From: Sphagnum compactum
Taxonomy: Eukaryota
Assembly: GCA_965153455.1 (NCBI GenBank)
Contig: OZ234493.1
Span: 28,882,213 to 28,946,212 of the forward strand
Reading direction: 5' to 3'
Length of the DNA stretch: 64,000 nt
The notes beneath the pieces are model-generated. The model was given only the letters and a program-made list of their open reading frames with translations. It ran no database searches and was not told the origin of the DNA. A program made the translations under genes and the position numbers. Shown here piece by piece: positions 54,501 through 64,000 of this stretch (its first letter is position 1; each line of letters starts with the position of its first letter).

Positions 54501-57500
54501 CTTAAGTATTAACATTTTCACCTGAGTAGCCTCACGTGAATTACAACTTAGTAAACGATTAAAAGGGGATAGATCATAATTGTAAAAAATCCAGAATGCG
54601 AAGAATGGTGCGAGCTAGGTATTTGGCTCGATGCTCCATGGAAAGGGGGTTGATTGGGCCTCGTAGCCAACGATAATGGCCATCACCGGTAACTCAAGTT
54701 CGACAATGAAGACGAAAATCGTTGTCTTCACATTAACACTCTTCAAACCTTTCTGGCACAGTTTCATAAGCAAGAACAAATTCTAAATAGATTGCTGAGG
54801 CATGTGGGTTAGGAGACAATTCACGATCCCATGCCGAACGATCGACTCGAATGCACATCACTCATCTGGATGGTTCTTCTTCGCGCAACTGTTGAGAGAC
54901 ATTCACGTCAAGTGGTGCTACGTCAAGCGGTGCTTCGTCAAGCGGTGCTTCGTCAAGCGGTTCTTCTTCAAGCTCTTCCTTTTCTACCGATGCAATTGGA
55001 GGATTCGAGGGCGTAGCAACATCATCCGCCATGATTAATTTTCAGCTACATCAACAAAAATCAAAGGGTAGCCGAAACAATTTGGCGCTTGCATTCGAAG
55101 GGGGTCGTTGCCTTTATTCAAGAAATTAAGGTAGGCATAAGGTGTGGCAATGATGGTGGAACTTCGTGAAAATTCGAACATTTTAGTTTCAACGAATTTG
55201 TGAAACCCTAATATCGACAGTGGATCTAGAAGTACATGGGAATCCTTGTAATTCCAAATTTAATTCTAATTTACTATGTACTACATAATTATTTAGTACA
55301 CGGTAAGGAATAACTAGGGTATATTAAAAAAATAAATGGTGCATGGAAAGGTTATTACTACCGTTGAGTTGATTTAATCAAATGGCAACTCAAGGATGGT
55401 TACTTATTACTACCGGTAAATTATCCCAATAGTTAGTTACTTAGATTAGTTAGGATGAAGAAGTAGAATGTTAACTCAAACGGACAAAATTGACAATGAT
55501 TGAACTCAAGAACCCCATCAAGATGTCCAAGGTAAGGAAAAGGATGAGTCCTCCAATTCCATTGGTCATGAGGATTATCATCCTATTTAATTGGAGAATA
55601 GAACCTTCTTAGTGTTTCATTGGGCATAAGGATTCTCATCATAAATTTCATAGGAAAGAAAAATCATTTTCAATTCTCATTGGTTCATGAAGGATGAGGA
55701 GGCCATTGATTGGAGGGAAGGATTTCCAAACTTCCATTGGACAAGGAGAATAAGCTCAAGGAGGGGTCATGGGAGGCTTACCAAGAGGAGTGGTATCTTG
55801 TGTGTTTTTCGGGGGAAAAAATGAGGAGAATGAGTGTGTGAGAGAAGAATTAATTCTTATGTGTGAGAACATGTTGTTCATAAACAAAAAATGTGCAAAC
55901 AAAGAGCATGGAAGGAAGTTGTGTGTAGCAAGTAATTGTAGTGGGGTTCATGGAAGGATTTCCATGAACAAGCCTTTGGATTCTTATTTAAAATAGTTGT
56001 TCCTCTCAAATTCACCGTTGGATTTGTCTCAAACTTTAAACAATTTTAATTTAAGAGGTGTAAAAGGTTCTCCCAAAATTTTAGCATCATCGGGTTTACT
56101 GCACAAAAGCTACACTTGCTGGAAGTAGAGGGGGTTGAAACTGTCTATTTTTTTCCTCAAATCTGGTCAAATTAGTTTTTTGTTTCGAAGCATAACTCTT
56201 GATTTCAAAAATAAAAACTTATAATATTTTGTAACATTGCTCTTTTCAAGATTAACTTTTTAAAAACCCAATGCATGTTAAACTAGGAGGTTGTATGAAG
56301 ATATTATGACAAATGGAACGAAGGGGAGTCAACCATCAAGCGTGAACATGGCTTTAACATCAACATAATGTTCCTTCACATTCCATCATGGTGAGTTTTG
56401 ATTCTCCCACAATGTTTTGGTATCTTCCAAGTGGACATAACGCATTAGATTATTAGTGAACTTCATTACATTACATTGAACCATTTTAACTTGTTAGAAT
56501 ACAATTACATAGTAGTTCCACCCCCTAGTGAGTTTTGTGAGTGCATATCTTCATGTGGAAGGTGTGCAAGAATTCCTCACATAACACAATCATTTGAACC
56601 AATTTTTTTGAGCTCACGATCTTCACAGTGATACCATCAAACGTCTATAGTGCCATCGTCATCCAATACAACTCTTACTAGGAATTTAGGTTCAGGTTAC
56701 ACTACATCAACAGTACATCAGAGTCCATTTGGAGGGGTTAATTAGTGGGGTACACCAGCTGCCGCACCAACTTTCACACCATCACCATATATTCCGTTGC
56801 AAGCCGTTACTTCTACACCCATATACACCATGGAGGTTAGTAGTTCCTCTGGGAGAATGGAGAAGTTTAGCGGAAGGCCAGGTACCATTTCTTTGAGGGA
56901 GTTTAAGACAACTTTCTCAATTGTAATTTGTGAATTGGAGCTCAAGTATGGGGCTAATTACACCGAGGCGTTCGAATTTAAACAACTAGCCCGTATGTGC
57001 ACTATGAGGCATTAGATGTCTACGAGTAACATTCTCCAAGGATTTTGGGCGTCACCTAGATCCCCAATCTAACTTATGCCACAGCTATCGTCATCGCCTC
57101 TCAAGCTACATTGCAAGCGGCCATTGCACATCATGGGACTGTGCCCAATAATCTAAATCCGGTATTTACTTTTGTAAACTTTTCTCCTCAACAACTCATT
57201 GATGTTACCGCAAACATTCCTCCCACCATTGATGCACCAGCTTTTGCTGAATTAGTGGGGGAATTCTTTCAAGTTCTTGAATTAGAATTTCCGGTTAAGA
57301 GTTTTGAAAAAATTCTGCAACTTGCCACCTTCTTTTGGCAGAAGGATGAAAGCCTCAAGATGTTCTACAGGAGGCTTCTCAAGCTTAAAGAAGATACTAA
57401 GAGCATCACAAACTTGGAAGCTACCCATCGATATCTTCGTTTGTTGGAAGGTATTCCGACACTCCATGCGCAGGTTTTGCAACGAGTTTTTATAGAATTT

Positions 57501-59689
57501 GGAGACTCGTACATTTTGCTGGATGTGTACAACATTTCTGAAAAAGTTGGAATTGGCTCATGCACACTATGAGACGAGTACTATGAGGCCTCCATCACGT
57601 TCAAGGCCTCAACCTCCACCAGCTGTGCTAACTAATCATCACATTCTTCTTCAAGGGTTAAATAGTGCATTTGGCTGCACCCATCCTACCTTCTTACAAC
57701 TACTATGGCAATCCTGCCCACAAAGCTAGTGAATGTAACATTCTTTTGAGGACCTCTTTTGTGATTATTGTGGGAAAGAAGGACATCAAAAAATTGTTTG
57801 TTTTGCCAAGTTCTCGGAATGGAAGCAACTTCAATTACCACGGCAAAATCTACCAACATCTTCTACTGCCCCTCAACCAAAAGCCAAGGCACCTCAGCCT
57901 TCCACTTAGGCTTTCCCCACTAAGGGTAATTCCAGTAAGAATGTTAAGAAGAAAAAACACAATGCTGACAAGAAGGAGGTGCTTCAAGCCCATGCCGTTT
58001 AAGTTCAAACTCTGCAAAATGAACTTGAATCATTGAGGGCCGATCTTGCTAATTTAAAAGGCAAGTCTTCCCAACCAGCTAATCATGCCCAACCTTTAAA
58101 GGGTTCAGGATCACGGGAGGGACCTCCTAGGTCGTTCTATGGCCTCTCACACAATGCCATGGTTGGGGAGTATGTTCTTTCTAGTGCACACAATTCTAGT
58201 CTCACATCAGAATTTGCCACTTCTTTTTGCCCTTCCTACTTCATGGCACAAGAGGCTAGTGTGGCACCCAACGTTTCTGCCATTAGGCAGGTAATTCAGA
58301 TTGATGAACTTGCATCTGGTTCAAGTCCTATTACTAGGGCTAGAGGAGCTCAAGGAGCTCGAGGAGTCATGCCACAATCTTTTCATCCTTTCAACATGGA
58401 AGAAGAACGCACCTTGTTGGCAAGGGGGGAGGAGACTATTCACCACAAGCTTCTAGGGCATCAAATTTTCATGTCCCAAAAGTACATGTACATTAGGAAA
58501 ACACACAATTTTCCACTAATCAACTTATGGAATGCCAACTTCAAATGCGTGAAGTGGTGCAAAAGCTTGTGAGTACACCGTTGTTTAGTTTTCAAGATTT
58601 GAAGCTAAGCACCAGGGACATAATTGCAGTAATAAAGGATACCCTGAACACTACATCAGGTCCTCTACCAATCCCCGATCCACATGTTACAGGGGTCCCA
58701 TCCAACACTTTGGAGAGACATTCGATTAGCTCACATGTTGCAGATGGCGTTCGTAATCTAGTCATTAGTTCTAGCATGGCTAAACTAGTGGGCTCTCCTA
58801 CCTTTGATTCTACATTCACATATCAAAAGGGAACTAAGAACACCTCATTTGTGAATTTGTTACTCAACAAAGGCGTTGTGGATAGCTATTCTCTTCACAA
58901 AGTCTCTCACTCATTTTCGAAGGTGGTGCCTAGTGAGAGAACTTCCATCGCCATTGGAGTTACCATTGTCAACAATATTGAATTAGCAATCCAGGTGGGA
59001 AGACATACACCCAGAGTGGTACTTCTTGATACAAGTGTTCAACCATTGATTCTTGGAGTTCAATTTGCCAAGAAGATGGGCATGCTCGACTCCAAACTAC
59101 GGGAATCTATGTGGCAAATTCGCACTACTAATGGGAGCGTAGAGGATGTACTTGGGGAGAGCTCGGATTTGATTGCATTTAACTTCAATGAAGGTACAGA
59201 TCAAGAGCTTTGCCTACAGGTCAGATGTTTAGTCACCAATGCCACCAGTTACGATGTGCTCATTGGGCAAGAGGCCCTGTTTCCACCAAATTCCACAATT
59301 GACAACTGGTTCGAGCATGCGTACTACCGAATGGATTGGGAGACTGATGGCCACCACCTGGGATACATACCCTTGATTTACATGGGAATCATAGTCCTAT
59401 GGCTCACCATTGTATGCTCAAGGAAGCACACACCATTTCTTACATCCAACAAGCTAACCGTGAGTGGATAGAGGGAGATGAAGAGGAGACAGCTTACGCC
59501 CAAGCTACTGAAAGCTTAAAGGTGGTTCCTATGGACATTCAACACGAACTAGAGGTTTTACAGAGGTTCAAAGCAGCCCATGAGCCCTTGGTCAAAGCTC
59601 TGTCTAGTTTTGAGAACATGGAGAGCCATGGCGAACCAATTAAGCCAGTACTTTGTCAGCTAATCACCTGGACATTGCCTAAGGAGGGG

Positions 59690-60625
59690 ATTACATTATT
59701 AGAGCTTTTTGGTGGTATAGGTCTTGAAGCCCTACTATGGTCAGGGATGGTGGTTCAAAGATATTTCTACGTAGACATTGATCCTATTGCAAGGCAAGTG
59801 GCGGCATCGAGAATGATGGAGCTCACAGCCAAGTTTCCACAATAACTTGCAAACACCGCATGGAAGGTTAGTTTCATTTTCTTGCCCTCTGACATACAAC
59901 TAATTCAGAAGAAACATATGGAATTATTTAGCCCTGTGGACCTCATCATTTTAGGTTGGGAGTGTCAAGGATTTTCAACGGCTAGATTTGGAGAAGGCTT
60001 AAGTGACACAAGATCTGGTCTTTTCACGGACATGGTACGGTTGATCACCTGGGCTCAATCCATTTCTCCTACACTTGGTTATGTAATTGAGAACACCCCA
60101 TTTCAGCTTGACAAGAGGGAAAAAGTCCAAGAACATTACACGCTAGTCAAACATTACCTTGGAGAACCGCTCCTACTCGATGCGGCACAATGCGGTTCCT
60201 ATGCACACTGATTGCACAAATGGTGGACCAACCTTGCACCACTCTTAGTTCTGCAATTAGTTTTGAGATACACCATCAGAGACCCCAACCTATAGGTTTC
60301 TCACATATTGGATGATCAAAGCTCCTGCCAACCAGTTATAAGACAAGAGAAACCTCCTTGGTTTTTTGGGAACACAATAGGAAAACCAAGAGGTGCTTAG
60401 CCCACCTTTGTCTCCTTCCCAGGAGCACACACGTTTCAGGGAGATGGACTAGGCCTGGTGTATTGTCATGCTTCAACCACTTGGGATGAACCAAGCCCAG
60501 AAGAAAGAGAAAAGGCTATGGGGTTCCAAATTGGCACTACTAGTCACACCAAGGTGATTAGATTAGAGTGTAACGCTCTATTGGGGAGAGGCATGGACCT
60601 GAACTCCCTTACATGATTGTTGGTA
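59690..60625 (+). pseudogene. DNMT3-like C5 cytosine DNA methyltransferase domain inside retrotransposon Pol
   Basis: Motif I LLELFGGIG; II YVDID; III SDI; IV DLIILGWECQGFS (Cys codon 59963-59965); V RSGLF; VI VIENT; VIII LDAAQCGSYAH*LHKWWTNL; IX PEEREKAMGF; X LLGRGMDLNSL. Confidence 0.9.
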
Positions 60626-63600
60626 ACCTGTGTATTCTTTCAAATGTACACAACACTAGCATTGATTCAATTAGCTTGCAGTTCTGGCGATGCGACTACA
60701 TGGCACCCCGACCAAGTACACTTGCCTATCTTCAACACTCTACACTTCACTTTCAATGTTGGGGAGGAGGAGGTACCATGTAATTTGACTCAAGTTGTTT
60801 CTGATACACCTAAATAAACAATTATAACCTTCTACGAATCTGCGCAGTTGGATAGTGGAGAACCCAATACACCAGGTTCTTCAAACACACTTTCTAACTC
60901 CATTCCATGTGTTTCCAACTACCCTTTCGTTATGGGGAACTAGCTCACCAAGAAGGAGAGAGACCAGGTCACAGACTTGTTAATTAAGCATGAAAATGTG
61001 TTCGCATTCTCAATGAAAGACTTAGGTAGGTGTAAGACCATGCAATTTTCTATAGACCTTACAGATGAGACACCCATCTATCGGAGGAGGCATAGGTTGA
61101 GTAAACATGAATGGGAACTGGTAGATGAAAGATGCAAAAAGTTCCATGAGGCTGGTCTCATTTAGCCATCAAGTTCTGATTTCGCAGTCGCTATAGTAAT
61201 GCCATCAAAAAAGGATTCAGCTGGATTATGGACTGAGAAAAGGATGTGCGAGGATTATAAGCCTTTGAACCTGGTTACACCTCAAGACAGGTACCCCATG
61301 CCCATCCCTAAAGAATTGATTGATATTATTGGAGATTTAAACATCTTCACAATTGTGGATCTGAGGCAAAACTTCAACTACATTGTGCTCGTTGCGAAGG
61401 ATCGTAAGAAAACGACATTCCATGGAAGCAACAAGTTGTGGGAATGGCTTGTGATGCCTTTTGGATTGAAGTATGCACCTGTCTTCTTTTAGCGAGTCAT
61501 GGACTAGGTTCTCGAAGGGGCATATTTCCTGAAATGCTACATAAATGACATCCTAGTGCATAGCAAGGGACTCCTGCAGCACTTGGCTCATCTTGAGGAG
61601 TTATTCAAGAGGCTCCATGAAGTCAATATGAAGATCCATCCTAAAAAGTGTGAGTTTGTTGTCACCTCAATAGTCTACTTTGGGCATAGAATTTTGCCAA
61701 ATGGTATTATGGCTCATTGGGCCAAAGTAGTAGCCATTTTGGAGATGCCCAATCCTATTGATGTTCACACTTTGAGGAGTTTCATCAGACTATGTAATTA
61801 TTACAAGATTTGTGTCCAAGACTTAAGTACTATCGCTCATCCTCTCTATGCATTATTAAAGAAGGATGTTGCTTGGACACGGAGTGAAGAGGCTCAGGAA
61901 GCTTTCAACACACTCAAGGAAAAGATTTCAGAGTTCCCCATTTTAAGAAGACCTGATTTTAGCAAGGTTTTCATTCTACACACTAATTGGAGTGCTCTTG
62001 GTATTGGTGCTATTCTTCGCCAACTTGATGAGGAAGGCAAGGAATATGTTATCGCCTATGCATTCCGAAGCAACAACAAGGCTGAGAGCAACTACTTTTC
62101 ATACGAGGGGGACTGTCTTGTTGTTGTATGGGCCATCATACATTTCAGGCCCTATCTTTATGGCACCAAATTCACTTTGTATATCGACCACCAGCCTATC
62201 AAATGGTTGATGACCAACGACAAGCTTATTGGCAAGTTAGCTCGTTGGGCGCTTATACTTTAGGAGTAAGAGTTCAAGGTTATTCACCGACCTAGTATTA
62301 CACATCAGAACGTAGATACCATGTCGCAAAGACCCCTCACTACCTCTGAAGATTTCTCAAAAGCCAAGCAAGATTTCGACTAGATTCCAGCAGTACATGT
62401 ATCTTATGCATCTAGTTATCTTGCACTACTGCAATGTGACTTGGTTGAACATCCCATTGTGGATATATGGGAGGACTTGGACACTCTGAGGTTTTTTCAG
62501 CATGGGGAATACCCTCCCCAAGTTACATTAAGTCATCGGGATTGCATATAATAGTGGTCCAAATGCTACTCATGGAGGGACAATCACCTCGTCCGATGCT
62601 TACCACAAGGTGATAGAGTGGTTCCTCCACCACATGAACGGCTTGGTCTTATTCAGAAGGTACACTCGGAGCTTGGACACTTTGGAGTTAAACGTACTTA
62701 TAGCCTTTTCGTTCCTCATTACCATTGGAGAGGTATGTATGTTCAAGTTCGAAACGTCATTGCTAGGTGTGAACAATGTGATAGGGTGAGATCTTCCTTC
62801 TCCTTTTGACAGCTCACGCTTTCTCCACTCCCTATTCAGGGCATGTTCTATTGCTGGTCATGTGATTTAGCTGGAGAGTTACCACAGACCTCCAAGGGTA
62901 ATGTCTACATCATGATTATGATTGAACATTTTTCAAAGTGGGTCGAGCTTGTTGCGCTACCGGACAAATCCTCACACAGCACCAGCCAAACTTTTTTACA
63001 ACAAGTCCTAATTAAGTAGGTTTGGGGCTTGTGCTGAGTGCTTTACTGATCAAGGATCAAAATTCAAAGGAGAATTCCAAGACCTACTTGATCATGCTCT
63101 CATTGACCATTGCCGGACTTCAAGGGATCATCCCCAAGCTGATGGCCTTGCAGAGAGGATGGTTCAGACATGCAAGAAAGGACTTCGAAAAATTTGCCTC
63201 ATTGGGAACAAAGAGGATTGGGACTTGGCCCTACCTTACATCGCCATAGGTTACAGGATGACCAAGCACGCCTCTTTGTCTCATTTATCTCCTTACTTTC
63301 TACTTTTTGGGAGACATCCCATTCCACCCTCTTCCATTGCTGCTCAAATGGACCAGGTTTGTGGACTTGGACTCCCCAGCCACTTGGGCTAGGGTCATCG
63401 CAGAGAGGGCTGCTATATTCAGGAGGGTTATGCCCATGGCCATGGAGAACTTGTCCATTGCACAACATTGAGACACCTTACGGTATGCATACACACATGA
63501 GGTGGTAATTATAAACTTAAAGTGAGACAAGTTGATGTTGGTGACTTTGTGTATCTTTAATGGCAACCTAATGATACTTTATACACTTCTTCCGGTCGCA

Positions 63601-63764
63601 CTATCTTGAGGATTAAGGCGATCGAGCCTTCAGGTGTGTTGGAGTTGCAAGGAGCTGATAGACGCACAATTCGGGATCACTCCAAAAATTGTGCGCCCTG
63701 CCACCTACCGAACTTAGATCCTACCATCATCACATCGACTTGGATTCCTCCACTTGACTATCCA

Positions 63765-63899
63765 TGTCAAGTATGTCAAAGGACAGATGATGCTGATCAG
63801 ATGCTGCTTTGTGATAATTGTAATGGTGGATACCATTTATTCTGCCTCAAGCCGGAGCTCAGTCAAGTTCCCGTCAGCATTTGGTATTGTTCATCATAA
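63765..63899 (+). other. PHD finger at the C-terminus of the retrotransposon integrase
   Basis: CQVC...MLLCDNC...YHLFCLKPELSQVP..IWYCSS*: C4HC3 pattern with the last Cys position replaced by a stop. Confidence 0.92.
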
Positions 63900-64000
63900 T
63901 CTCCTGTAGCATTTTGATTTTTACTTAGACCATGCCACGCTTTTTTCGGCTTTGGTATGGGGGGGGATACATGAGAATTTCATCTTAGCCTCCTTTTGTG

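Larger units (their letters stand above)
56829..64000 (+). mobile_element. Degenerate Ty3/Gypsy LTR retrotransposon: Gag - PR - DNMT - RT - RNase H - INT - PHD
   Basis: Gag MEKFSGRPGTISLREFK with two knuckles (YNYYGNPAHKASEC, CDYCGKEGHQKIVC); protease LLDTS; RT DRYPMP, VMPFGLK, YINDILV; RNase H FILHTNWS...IDHQPIKWL; integrase HSELGHFG...CEQC, IEHFSKW, HPQADGLAER; poly-G PPT-like tract at ~63959. RT-RH-INT order indicates Gypsy. LTR limits unresolved. Confidence 0.95.

Noticed and set aside
55469-56359. Candidate 5' LTR of the DNMT-Gypsy (tgttaa...ttaaca)
   Set aside because: Does not match the sequence after the PPT-like tract at ~63970, has no convincing PBS and no TSD; left unassigned.
59690-60625. 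Bacterial restriction-modification methylase or contamination as source of the MTase
   Set aside because: It is in frame with retroelement Pol, decays like the rest of the element, has DNMT3-like C-terminal motifs and is contiguous with plant DNA.

Overview
Eukaryotic, intron-rich plant genomic DNA. Gene content and repeat style suggest a bryophyte, probably Sphagnum-like (inference). The left third is gene-dense: the 5' part of CstF-50, a 12-exon KDM3/JMJ25-type JmjC demethylase, intronless EMC3 and HINT2, and an AP-4 epsilon pseudogene. Thioredoxin-h exons 1-2, which the ORF track misses, sit directly upstream of the JmjC gene. The middle holds gene fragments (ARPC2, DUF506), MITEs, a solo LTR and a pseudogenised alpha/beta-hydrolase-NB-ARC-LRR (HNL) immune receptor with a very long 72-bp LRR array. 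The right third is AT-rich decayed transposon DNA ending in a degenerate Ty3/Gypsy element. Top finding: the Pol of this element carries a DNMT3-like C5 cytosine methyltransferase between protease and reverse transcriptase, in the same frame as RT/RNase H/integrase, plus a C-terminal PHD finger, so it encodes its own chromatin writer and reader. All family calls come from motif recognition by eye; no searches were run.
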